This document shows, one piece after another, positions 45,679-54,557 of a stretch of DNA of 64,000 nucleotides. Source of the DNA: Candidatus Acidiferrales bacterium (GTDB lineage Bacteria; Acidobacteriota; Terriglobia; Acidiferrales; UBA7541); assembly GCA_050015155.1 (NCBI GenBank), contig JBEKBY010000011.1, forward strand, positions 633-64,632. The letters run 5' to 3'. Position numbers and translations under genes: made by a program. The notes beneath the pieces are model-generated. The model was not told the origin of the DNA and made no database searches. It saw only the letters and a list, made by a program, of their open reading frames with translations. Positions within the stretch are counted from its first letter, which is position 1, and every line of letters begins with the position of its first letter.

Positions 45679-45987
45679 ATGTTTTACGCCAAAATGCACG
45701 ATGAGGACGACGACGAATTGCCTAGCTTCGACGACGAGGAAGGGCAAGAGCAGCCGACAGAGATCATAGAAGAAGTGGAAGAGATTATCGTCGAAGAAGA
45801 GCCCGAGGAAGAAACGGAAGGAGCCGCGGAACCCGCTCCCCGCAAGAGCGCGCCGGGCCGGAAAGCGAAAAAGGCCAAGAAGGCCCGGCCGAAGAAGAAA
45901 GCGAAGAGCAAGCCGAAGGCGAAAAGAAAAGCCAAGCCGAAGAAAAAGGCGCTCTCGAAGAAGGCGCGCCGGCGCAAGAAGCGCTGA
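45679..45987 (+). CDS. bipolar low-complexity protein: acidic N-half, Lys/Ala/Pro-rich histone-H1-like basic C-half
   Basis: SD GGAGGA 6 nt before the ATG. The first ~50 aa are D/E-rich (DEDDDELPSFDDEEGQE..EEVEEIIVEEEPEEE). The last ~50 aa read KAKKAKKARPKKKAKSKPKAKRKAKPKKKALSKKARRRKKR. Confidence 0.6.
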   Translation: MFYAKMHDEDDDELPSFDDEEGQEQPTEIIEEVEEIIVEEEPEEETEGAAEPAPRKSAPGRKAKKAKKARPKKKAKSKPKAKRKAKPKKKALSKKARRRKKR

Positions 45988-46467
45988 GCGCTCTCGCGCT
46001 CGCTTCTCCGGGGGATCGTATTCGCGGGGCTGCGTGCTGTTGCCGCACGCGCGGTCCCGCGATTATTTTTTGGCCGCTCATCCCGGACGTTCGAAACCTT
46101 GGTCTGCGTTTCGAAGACCTGGCTCCGCAGGCACGTGGCCAGGACGGTATTCAGGGCCGTCACGGAAGTCGAGCCTGCGCCCGAGAACCGCCGCCACCAG
46201 TTCATTGCGCGGCTGCTTCAGGCTCAGGACATCTCCATCGTGCCGCTCAATCGCGTCGAGAAGTTCGCGGAAGAACTGCGATCGAGGCTCCAGTAGATCG
46301 TGCGGTCAGCGACTCCCGAATCGATGCAAAGATTCGCGCAGGAAAAAGGAGGGAAGCGGGCCACGCAGGGCGACCTCGCTTCCCGGGGTGTGTCCTAGAA
46401 GTGTTTGATTGATTGGACGCGGGAACGCCGGAGAAGGTTTCCCGCGCAATCCATCACAAAAGGGCGA

Positions 46468-46977
46468 TCAATAAAAGAGGTACTTGCGCCACTTTTCGTC
46501 GCGGTGCCCGATCAAGCGCATCAACTGCCGCGAGGTGTGCAGTGTGAACGGCCGCGGCCGGCGCTGGAGCTTCAGTCCGGCTTCCTCGGGCGTGCGGTCG
46601 CCTTTCCGGTTGTTGCAGGTGTAGCAGCAGGCGACCAGATTCTCCCAAGACGACCGCCCGCCGCGCGACCGCGGCATGACGTGGTCGAGCGTCAGCTCCG
46701 CAGCCGGGAACGCGCTGCCGCAGAACTGGCAGGTGTTCCGGTCGCGCAGCAGGATATTCTTCCGGGAAAGCGCGCGGCTCTGCTGTGGGATGTGCCGGTA
46801 GCTCACCAGCCGGATGACCGATGGCACCCGGATGACCTTCGATGTGGAGTGAACCTCGGCATGGTTCGTCTCCTCCGCCTGCGCCACTCCCTTCAGCATC
46901 AGCACCAGGGCGCGGCGCACCGCCGTCACGTTGATCGGCTCGAAGGTGGCGTTCAAGACGAGCACCGGCGCCTGCAT
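46468..46977 (-). CDS. HNH endonuclease (McrA-like, COG1403)
   Basis: [37 protein letters not shown]. Start set at [14 protein letters not shown] (ATG 46977); a longer upstream start (47094) is possible. Confidence 0.8.
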   Translation of the reverse strand: MQAPVLVLNATFEPINVTAVRRALVLMLKGVAQAEETNHAEVHSTSKVIRVPSVIRLVSYRHIPQQSRALSRKNILLRDRNTCQFCGSAFPAAELTLDHVMPRSRGGRSSWENLVACCYTCNNRKGDRTPEEAGLKLQRRPRPFTLHTSRQLMRLIGHRDEKWRKYLFY

Positions 46978-47136
46978 CACCGAAGACCTCTTTGGCGCTG
47001 GAGCCGGAAGCGGGTGAGCGACCTCGCGCGCCACTCCGCCGGCCAGTCCGATGCTGGGCCGAGGGCGCAACCCCATCTTGTGCCGGTTATCCATCGCGTC
47101 TTCGCTCCCGTGTTGCCGGGCAAATCTCTTTGCGTG

Positions 47137-47834
47137 TTACGGATGCTCGTCCGGCCCGCCGGGTTTGCTCCCGGCTCCGAACGCCTTCACGCCGGGCCCC
47201 GGCGCAACCGACCAGGAACGAACCCGCCCCGCAGTCAGCCCGACTACAACCGCGGCCCCCCCACTCTTGAGGGCCCGGGCGCACGCATCCAGCGTCGCCC
47301 CGGTCGTTAATACATCATCTACCAGCAGGATGCGTAGGTTGTCAACTTGCGGGTCTTCGCGCGTGGCGTAGGCGCCACGGACCGACTTCCAGTGTTCGCT
47401 GCGAGAAAGCACCAGTTGGGGCGGGCGCGGCCTCGTGCGGACCAGAAGATGCGGATCGAGCCGGAGGTTCAGCCGCTTCGCAAGCGGCCGCGCAATCAGC
47501 TTCGGCTTGATTGTAACCCCTCTCGAATGGCCTCGGAGAGGGTGTCGTCGTAGACTACGAAGCTCCGCACCCTGTCGAAGGCGTAGAAGTTCACGCGGCA
47601 GAGCCGGCAGCGCGGCTGGATCGCCTGCCCCGCCACGGCCGAGGCGAACGGCCGGCCGTGGCAAAGGCACATCGGCTCTGCGATTCGTTCGAACGCGGTG
47701 AGGCAAGTCTCGCAGATGGGGATGCGGCTCGCCCTCGTGAGGGTCCGCCCGCAGATGCGGCACGGGCCGGGAAACAGCACCGATCCCGGTGCGTCGAGCG
47801 CGCCTTTCAAGATCACGGATGCGTTGTTAACCAA
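47137..47834 (-). CDS. ComF family protein (phosphoribosyltransferase domain), apparent frameshift near 47515-47530
   Basis: The N-terminal Cys-rich part (CRICG..CETC..CLCHG..CRLC) is in one frame and stops at 47496. The PRTase part (ILLVDDVLTTGATL) is in another frame. Start is probably TTG 47834 or GTG 47816. Confidence 0.6.
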
Positions 47835-47902
47835 GAGGGTACGGTGAGACGCTACTCCAAACCCGGCGGCGAGAAAAGAGGCGAAATCGTTTCGGGGAGG
47901 GC

Positions 47903-48256
47903 CTAGAGCAGGCCCTTTTCTTTCTTTTCCTGGCAGGTGATGCAGTAGCGGGTCCAAGGCACGGCTTCGAGGCGCTTCTGCTGAAGCTCCTCGTGGCAGG
48001 AAACGCATTCGCCGAACGTGCCGTCCTTGATGCGCTCCAGTGCCTCGTCGACGAGTTGTAACAGAGACCGGTAGTTATGCGTCTCGCCGAACAGGAACTC
48101 CTTCGTGTAGGAGTTGGCGGCCTTGTCCGCGAGATCCACGGTCGGATCCTCGTCGGCCTCGCGGCCTTCCTGCTGTGTACGCGCGATGGCGCGCAGCAGT
48201 TCCTCGCGGCGCGCGACCAGTTTCTTTTTGTAATATTCCAGACGCTTCTTATCCAT
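47903..48256 (-). CDS. DksA/TraR family C4-type zinc-finger protein
   Basis: C-terminal CVSCHEELQQKRLEAVPWTRYCITCQ. 117 aa. Confidence 0.85.
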   Translation of the reverse strand: MDKKRLEYYKKKLVARREELLRAIARTQQEGREADEDPTVDLADKAANSYTKEFLFGETHNYRSLLQLVDEALERIKDGTFGECVSCHEELQQKRLEAVPWTRYCITCQEKKEKGLL

Positions 48257-48416
48257 CGGTCGAGTCCCAAGGTGAGGAGCAACGCCTCACTCAAATCCAA
48301 CGATTCTACCGGCAAGGTTACTCACTGTCAAACAAGCGCCGGCACAATGTGTTGCCGCACCGGCGCAGTTGTGAATAGATGCGGGCTCGACGCAAAAGGA
48401 TTCGCGCGCTCCGAGG

Positions 48417-49379
48417 TCAGATTTCTTTCGGTTTGGCGGGAAACATGTAGTGCAGGCCGACGGCGGAAAGAGCCAGCACGACGAATACGAAGGCGCTTCC
48501 CTCGGGTCCCACCGTTCCACCCGTGAGCCAGACCGGTCCGTGGAAGGAAGAATTCAACAGATGCCCCTGCGCCGCGACGCCGCTGTCGGGAACTCCGTAG
48601 AAGTACGTCTCTCCCCAATCCCACGCCGTGTGCATCCCGATGGCGAACCAGATGCTTCCCGTCCGGCGCAGCGAGAACGCCGCCAGCAAACCGAACGCTC
48701 CGGCACTCAGAGCGCCGAATCTCGCCTCGCCGGGGTTTCCCAGATGGAGACAGCCAAACACGATGGAAAGTACAATTGCCGCCGGCCAGAATCCGATGCC
48801 GGACGCAAGAGTCCCCTGCAAATACCCCCGAAACGAAAACTCTTCGAAGAACGCGACCAGAATGAAACCCAGGAGGTAGAGCAGCCCGTAGTGCACCGCT
48901 CCCACCCTGCCGAGCGCCAGCCCTTCGATCGAAATGCCATGCAGCGCAGCAATCAACCCCAATGCGACGCTCATCATCACGAACCCGTACGGCATGGCCT
49001 GCCAGAAACGCTTCCCGAAGGTTTCTCTGCCCGGCAGACCGTAATCTGCGAGCGATCGCTTCTCGATCGCCGTCATGATGAGCGCGGCGAGCAGCAATGC
49101 GAGGGCCGCCGCGCCCTCACCGAAGAGAAGGGCGCCCGGCGTCATCACCCCCCTTGGTTGAGCGTGCAGCCAGGCCCGAATCAGAGGGATGCTGCGCAGG
49201 CCCGCCTGTAGCGCGGTCATGATGGCCAAGAATAGGAAGATCGCGATCAGCATCCGCCAGCCCGCGCGGATTCCATGGGGACCCAGAAAAATCTGATGCA
49301 TGGCCCGCTGAAATGGGGGCAGCTCACCGCCGGGCTCAGGCGCGGGCGCTTCGAACTGGGCTGGATCCGTGGTCATCAT
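48417..49379 (-). CDS. CPBP family intramembrane glutamic endopeptidase (CAAX protease-like)
   Basis: EEFSFRGYL and FGCLH motifs. Multiple TM helices. Start set at MMTTDPAQ (49379). Confidence 0.8.
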   Translation of the reverse strand: MMTTDPAQFEAPAPEPGGELPPFQRAMHQIFLGPHGIRAGWRMLIAIFLFLAIMTALQAGLRSIPLIRAWLHAQPRGVMTPGALLFGEGAAALALLLAALIMTAIEKRSLADYGLPGRETFGKRFWQAMPYGFVMMSVALGLIAALHGISIEGLALGRVGAVHYGLLYLLGFILVAFFEEFSFRGYLQGTLASGIGFWPAAIVLSIVFGCLHLGNPGEARFGALSAGAFGLLAAFSLRRTGSIWFAIGMHTAWDWGETYFYGVPDSGVAAQGHLLNSSFHGPVWLTGGTVGPEGSAFVFVVLALSAVGLHYMFPAKPKEI

Positions 49380-49663
49380 GTCCCCGTTTCTCGGCCTGGT
49401 CCTGTGAAAATGCCCGCCGCGGTTCGCCAATATACGCCGGGCCGATGGATGCGGGAAGCCCTTTCGAACGCACCACTTCATAGACGCATGGCGCATCGCT
49501 TGGATAGTTGGGTCCAATCGCAAGATCGCGCCATCGCTCGGTTGCGACCGTGGATGCCCGCTGTTAGAATCGAAGGTCTGCGCTGGAAAGAAGCTCCATC
49601 GCGATCGTCCTTTCATGCCCATATCGGCTGAGACCGAAATGAAGACACCAACGGAGAACCGGC

Positions 49664-51061
49664 GTGGCCAAATATGATCTCGTAGTCATCGGCAGCGGCC
49701 CGGGCGGATACGTCGCCGCGATTCGCGCCGGCCAGTGGGGGCTGAAAACCGCCGTCGTCGAGAAAGACCCGTTTCTCGGAGGCACTTGCCTGCACGTCGG
49801 CTGCATTCCCACGAAAGTCTTCCTGCACCACGCGGACATCTACGACTACTTCCAGCGCGCCGAGGAATTCGGATTCGAAGTGAAAGACGTGAAGGTCAAC
49901 TGGCCCGCCATGCTCGCGCGCAAGGACAAGATCGTCAAGAAGCACGCGGGCGGAATCGCGAGCCTCTTCAAGAAAAACAAAGTCGAGTCGATCACCGGCT
50001 GGGGGCGCATCGCCGGCCCCGGCCGTGTCTCCGTGGAAAAGGACGGCGGGACGACCGAGCTGGAAACCACCTACACGACTCTCGCCACCGGCTCCGCGGC
50101 GCACTCGCTTCCCGGCGTTGAAATCGACGGCCAAGTCATCCTGACGAATCCCGGAATCCTCCAGCTGCCGGTAATTCCCAAGTCGCTCGTGGTCGTCGGC
50201 GCGGGTGCCGTGGGCGTTGAGTTCGCTTCGATTTTCCGGACGTTCGGCACGGAAGTCACGATTCTCGAAGCGCTTCCGCGCGTCGTGCCTCTCGAAGACG
50301 AAGACATCTCTCCGGAACTCGAGAAGGCGTTCAAGAAGAAGGGCATCCGCATCGAGACCAGCGCAAAAGTGGATTCCGTAAAAAAAACCACCAGTGGCGC
50401 GACTGTTTCGTTCAAAGACAAGTCCGGAATGGCGCAATCGATCACCGCCGAAAAAGTCCTCATCGCCGTCGGCCGGCGCCCGCTCACGGAAAACATCGGC
50501 CTGGAAAAGACTAAGGCCAAGCTCGAGCGCGGCTTCATCCATACGAACGCTTTCATGGAAACGGACGAGCCTCGCCTCTACGCCATCGGCGACATCGTCG
50601 CCGGACTTCCGCAACTCGCGCACGCCGCGTCGATGGAAGGCATCATCGCCGTCGGCCGCATGGCCGGCAAGGATGTGCAGCCGTTCGACCGCAAGCGCTG
50701 CCCGGCCGCCACCTACTGCGAGCCTCAGATCGGGTCCATCGGCCTCACGGAAAGGCAGGCCCGCGAGGCCGGCTTCGAGATCAAGACCGGAAAGTTCCCG
50801 TTCGTCGGCAACAGCAAGGCGACCATCCTCGGCCAGCACGAAGGCTTTATCAAAGTGGTGGCGGAGGCGAAGTACGGCGAGATTCTCGGCGTCCACGCGA
50901 TCGGGCCGCTCGCGACCGAGATCATCGCCGAGCCGGTCACCGCGCTCGGGTTCGAAGCGACGCTCGACGACATGGCCGCGACCATCCACGCGCACCCGAC
51001 CGTTTGGGAAGCCATGGGCGACGCATTCAATTCCGTGCGCGGCCTCGCGATCAACTTTTAG
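49664..51061 (+). CDS. lpdA: dihydrolipoyl dehydrogenase (E3)
   Basis: GSGPGGY, redox-active GGTCLHVGCIPTK, and C-terminal HAHPT interface motif. Confidence 0.95.
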   Translation: MAKYDLVVIGSGPGGYVAAIRAGQWGLKTAVVEKDPFLGGTCLHVGCIPTKVFLHHADIYDYFQRAEEFGFEVKDVKVNWPAMLARKDKIVKKHAGGIASLFKKNKVESITGWGRIAGPGRVSVEKDGGTTELETTYTTLATGSAAHSLPGVEIDGQVILTNPGILQLPVIPKSLVVVGAGAVGVEFASIFRTFGTEVTILEALPRVVPLEDEDISPELEKAFKKKGIRIETSAKVDSVKKTTSGATVSFKDKSGMAQSITAEKVLIAVGRRPLTENIGLEKTKAKLERGFIHTNAFMETDEPRLYAIGDIVAGLPQLAHAASMEGIIAVGRMAGKDVQPFDRKRCPAATYCEPQIGSIGLTERQAREAGFEIKTGKFPFVGNSKATILGQHEGFIKVVAEAKYGEILGVHAIGPLATEIIAEPVTALGFEATLDDMAATIHAHPTVWEAMGDAFNSVRGLAINF

Positions 51062-51076
51062 CCTTTTCAAAGTCGT

Positions 51077-51823
51077 ATGAAAGAGCCACGAAAACTCGGC
51101 TGGTTTGTAGACGCGGGACTAATCCCTTATGGCCCGGCGTGCAAATTGCAGCGGCAACTCGTCGAGGCGCGCAAGTCGGGCGCGATTCCCGACGTGCTGC
51201 TCCTTTGCGAGCATCCTCATGTGATCACGCTCGGCCGCAACGGCAGCCGCGAACATCTCCGCTCAGGGGATCGCTTGCTGGCGCAGATGAACGTGGAATT
51301 CCACCCGACCGACCGCGGCGGCGACATCACTTACCACGGGCCCGGCCAGATCGTGGGCTACCCGATCCTCGATTTGAACGAGCACCGCCGCGACGTTCGC
51401 TGGTACGTGGCGCAACTCGAAGAAGTGATGATTCGCGCGTCGGCCGATTTCGGGATTGCGGCAAAGCGTGTCGAAGGCAGGCACGGCGTCTGGATCGACA
51501 TCCAGTCAGGCCAGGAGAAGCTTGGCGCGCTCGGCGTGCACCTGAGCCGCTGGGTGACCTCGCATGGCTTTGCCTACAACGTCTCGACTGATCTGCGCTA
51601 TTTCGACCTGATCGTGCCCTGCGGCATCGCCGGCACGCGCGCCACGTCCCTCGAGCGCATCCTGAATCGTTCGATGGATTCCCGCGAGGTGCGCGGCCGC
51701 CTAGCATCGCATTTCGCGGAGGTCTTCGAGCTCCTCCTGGTGCACGTCACGCGCGAGGATTTGGCCAGGATTCTCGGCTCGCGGCGGGAAACGACCGCTG
51801 GCGCGCTCACCGCAATGGTGTAA
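51077..51823 (+). CDS. lipB: lipoyl(octanoyl) transferase
   Basis: EHPHVITLGRNG, RGGDITYHGPGQIVGYPIL, PCGI. Confidence 0.9.
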   Translation: MKEPRKLGWFVDAGLIPYGPACKLQRQLVEARKSGAIPDVLLLCEHPHVITLGRNGSREHLRSGDRLLAQMNVEFHPTDRGGDITYHGPGQIVGYPILDLNEHRRDVRWYVAQLEEVMIRASADFGIAAKRVEGRHGVWIDIQSGQEKLGALGVHLSRWVTSHGFAYNVSTDLRYFDLIVPCGIAGTRATSLERILNRSMDSREVRGRLASHFAEVFELLLVHVTREDLARILGSRRETTAGALTAMV

Positions 51824-51909
51824 CTTGTAGGGGCGGGTTCGAGACGCGCCCCTGCCGCGAGAACGCAATTTCGATCCAGCAGGCAATTGGGAATTCGGCA
51901 GCGAAAGGA

Positions 51910-53247
51910 ATGATGAGTACGAACCTGACGCCCTCGCAGCACCTCGAGCTGTACTACTTCATGCAGCTCAACCGGCAGCTTGAAGAGCGCCTCGTGCGAC
52001 TCTTCCGGCAGAACAAAATCGTCGGTGGCGTCTACTCGAGTCTCGGGCAGGAGGCCGTTTCGATTGGCACGTCCTATGCGCTCGAGCCGCGGGACTGGCT
52101 CGCCCCGATGATCCGCAATATCGGCACGCTGCTCGTCAAGGGATTCAAGCCCCGCGACATCTTCACGCAGCACATGGCGAAATACACGTCCCCGACGCAC
52201 GGCAAAGACGGCACCAGCCATTTCGGCGATCTGAAGACGCGCCACGTGGTCTCTCCGATTTCGATGCTCGGCGACCTGATTCCCGTGATGACCGGCGTCG
52301 CCATAGCCGGGCGCTACCTCGGCCAGAACATCGTCGCGATGACCTGGATCGGCGACGGCGGCAGCTCGACGGGCGCGTTTCACGAGGGCCTCAACTTCGC
52401 CGCCGCGCATCGCGCTCCCTTCATTCTGGTGCTGGAAAACAACCAGTGGGCCTATTCCACGCCCGTTTCCCGCCAGGTGCCGCTCAAGAATCTCGCCGAC
52501 CGCGCCCTTGCCTACGGAATTCAAAGCCGGATCGTGGACGGCAACGACGTGATCGCCGTGTACGAAACCTCGAAGGCCGCTGTCGACGAGTGCCGCGCTG
52601 GCCGCGGCCCCATTCTGATCGAAGCGAAAACCATGCGCATGAAGGGCCACGCGCAGCACGACCCCGCCGAGTACGTCCCCAAGGAGATGTTCGAATACTG
52701 GAAGGCGCAGGATCCCGTCGCTCGCTACGAGAAATATCTCACCGGGCACAAACTCTGGGACGCCGGGAAGAAATCCGAAATCGATGCGCGCATCGAGCGC
52801 GAACTGGATGAGGACCAGAAGTTCGCGGAAGAATCTCCAATGCCTCCGGCCGAGACTGTCGAGCAAGGCGTCTATTGCGAGGGCTGCCACACGATCGAAG
52901 CCGATTGGCGCCGGCCCAAGAAGGAAGTCATGCCTCCGGCCGCGAGCGTGGAGGCGGTGTGGAAAGTGGCGGATTTTGGCAGTTTTGGCACCGATAAGCC
53001 TGCTAAGAGCGCAAATTCGGGCAGCGACAACGGGCCGCAGCCCTCCTTGAAGGAACCGGCCAAGACCGAGGCGGAACCGGAAGTCCCGCTGCGTGTGCCC
53101 TTTGGCCGGGGCCCCAAGGACAGGGCTTTTGTGCGCGAATCGCAGGAAAAAGCTCCTGCCGCAGATCGCCGCGGCAAGCCCTTCCATAAAGGTCATCGGG
53201 GCAAGCCTTTCGGGAAAGAGCCCCATGGCAAGCGAGGGAGGCGCTAG
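51910..53247 (+). CDS. 2-oxoacid dehydrogenase E1 component alpha subunit (TPP-dependent) with ~120-aa basic C-terminal extension
   Basis: TPP motif IGDGGSSTGAFHEGLNFAA..LENNQWA. Canonical domain ends near residue 322, followed by a low-complexity tail. Confidence 0.9.
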   Translation: MMSTNLTPSQHLELYYFMQLNRQLEERLVRLFRQNKIVGGVYSSLGQEAVSIGTSYALEPRDWLAPMIRNIGTLLVKGFKPRDIFTQHMAKYTSPTHGKDGTSHFGDLKTRHVVSPISMLGDLIPVMTGVAIAGRYLGQNIVAMTWIGDGGSSTGAFHEGLNFAAAHRAPFILVLENNQWAYSTPVSRQVPLKNLADRALAYGIQSRIVDGNDVIAVYETSKAAVDECRAGRGPILIEAKTMRMKGHAQHDPAEYVPKEMFEYWKAQDPVARYEKYLTGHKLWDAGKKSEIDARIERELDEDQKFAEESPMPPAETVEQGVYCEGCHTIEADWRRPKKEVMPPAASVEAVWKVADFGSFGTDKPAKSANSGSDNGPQPSLKEPAKTEAEPEVPLRVPFGRGPKDRAFVRESQEKAPAADRRGKPFHKGHRGKPFGKEPHGKRGRR

Positions 53248-53249
53248 CG

Positions 53250-54224
53250 ATGCCCCAAATCACGATGCTAGAAGCTGTCCGCGAAGCGCTCTTCGAGGAA
53301 ATGGAGCGCGACCCGGCCGTGGTAGCGCTCGGGGAGGACATCGGCGTATACGGCGGCGCATTCAAAGCGACCGAGGGCCTGCTCGCGAAGTTCGGCCCTG
53401 AACGGGTGATGGATACGCCGATTAGCGAAACCGCCATCGTCGGCGCGGCCTGCGGCATGAGCTACCTGGGACTGCGCCCCGTGGCCGAGATGCAATTCAT
53501 CGATTTCATCGCCTGCTGCTTCAATCAGGTCACGAATTTCGCCGCCAAATCCCACTACCGCTGGGGCGCTCCGGTGCCGATGGTTTTGCGCGGACCTTCC
53601 GGGGGCGGCGTTCACGGTGGGCCGTTCCACTCGGCCAATCCGGAGATGTATTTCGTCCACACGCCCGGCCTCAAAGTTGTGTATCCGTCGACGGCATACG
53701 ACGCCAAGGGTCTGCTGAAGTCCGCCATTCGCGACAACAATCCCGTGCTCTTCTTCGAGCACAAGTTCCTCTACCGGCGGATCAAGGAAGAGGTTCCTTC
53801 GGGTGATTACACGGTGCCGCTCGGCAAGGCCGTCGTGCGCCGCAAGGGCCGCGACGTGACGATCGTCAGCTACGCCGCCGCGGCGCACACGTCGCTCGAA
53901 GCGGCCGCGGCGCTTGCCAAGGAAGGCATCGAAGCCGAGGTGATCGACCTGCGCACGCTGCAGCCGCTCGACCGCGAGACAATCCTCGCCTCGGTCAAAA
54001 AGACGAACAAGCTGCTGATCGTGCATGAGGACACGCGCACGGGCGGCATCGCCGGAGAGATTGCCGCGATCGTCTGCGAGGGCGCATTCGACGATCTCGA
54101 CGGCCCAATCGCGCGCGTCACCGGACTCGATACGCCCGTTCCCTACGCGCCGTCGCTCGAAGCCGCATTCCTGCCGAGCGTGGAAAGAGTTGCCGCAGCC
54201 GCACGTGAATTGGCAAAATATTGA
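53250..54224 (+). CDS. 2-oxoacid dehydrogenase E1 component beta subunit
   Basis: VMDTPISETAIVG, FIDFI, transketolase C-terminal domain. Confidence 0.95.
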   Translation: MPQITMLEAVREALFEEMERDPAVVALGEDIGVYGGAFKATEGLLAKFGPERVMDTPISETAIVGAACGMSYLGLRPVAEMQFIDFIACCFNQVTNFAAKSHYRWGAPVPMVLRGPSGGGVHGGPFHSANPEMYFVHTPGLKVVYPSTAYDAKGLLKSAIRDNNPVLFFEHKFLYRRIKEEVPSGDYTVPLGKAVVRRKGRDVTIVSYAAAAHTSLEAAAALAKEGIEAEVIDLRTLQPLDRETILASVKKTNKLLIVHEDTRTGGIAGEIAAIVCEGAFDDLDGPIARVTGLDTPVPYAPSLEAAFLPSVERVAAAARELAKY

Positions 54225-54281
54225 TGTCAAGTCAAAGCGGTCTAAACTATTAATGTAAGGCGAAAGCAGGCGAAGCCGACC

Positions 54282-54533
54282 ATGGGAAAAACGAAGGGCC
54301 TCAACAAAGCGGAGTTTGAAGTCGGCACGGAGGTTCGCATCGCGGACCGCGCCTTCCTGGCAGAGTTCCTCGAGGCCGGCCAGTATCACAACGAGCTCGA
54401 GCCGGAGCAACTCGAATACGCGGGCCGCACGGGAAAGGTAAGCAATGTCAGTTTTTTTCACGGCGGCGATGAAATTTATACGCTGGAGGGAATTCCGGGG
54501 GTCTGGCACGAAGAGTGTCTGAGCCCCGTCTGA
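54282..54533 (+). CDS. small hypothetical protein (83 aa) embedded in the dehydrogenase operon
   Basis: Clean ORF between E1beta and E2 (MGKTKGLNKAEFEVGTEVRIADRAFL..GDEIYTLEGIPGVWHEECLSPV). No domain recognised. Confidence 0.55.
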   Translation: MGKTKGLNKAEFEVGTEVRIADRAFLAEFLEAGQYHNELEPEQLEYAGRTGKVSNVSFFHGGDEIYTLEGIPGVWHEECLSPV

Positions 54534-54557
54534 AGTACCTAGTCTGAGGAGAAAACC

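Noticed and set aside
46020-46420. The 480-nt gap between the charged protein and the HNH gene contains coding-looking frames on both strands: a 65-aa TTG-start ORF at 46099-46296, and an open minus-strand frame ..LLEPRSQFFRELLDAIERHDGDVLSLKQ...
   Set aside because: The minus frame has no start codon. The plus ORF needs a TTG start without an SD. No motifs in either, so it cannot be distinguished from GC-rich noise or a decayed gene.
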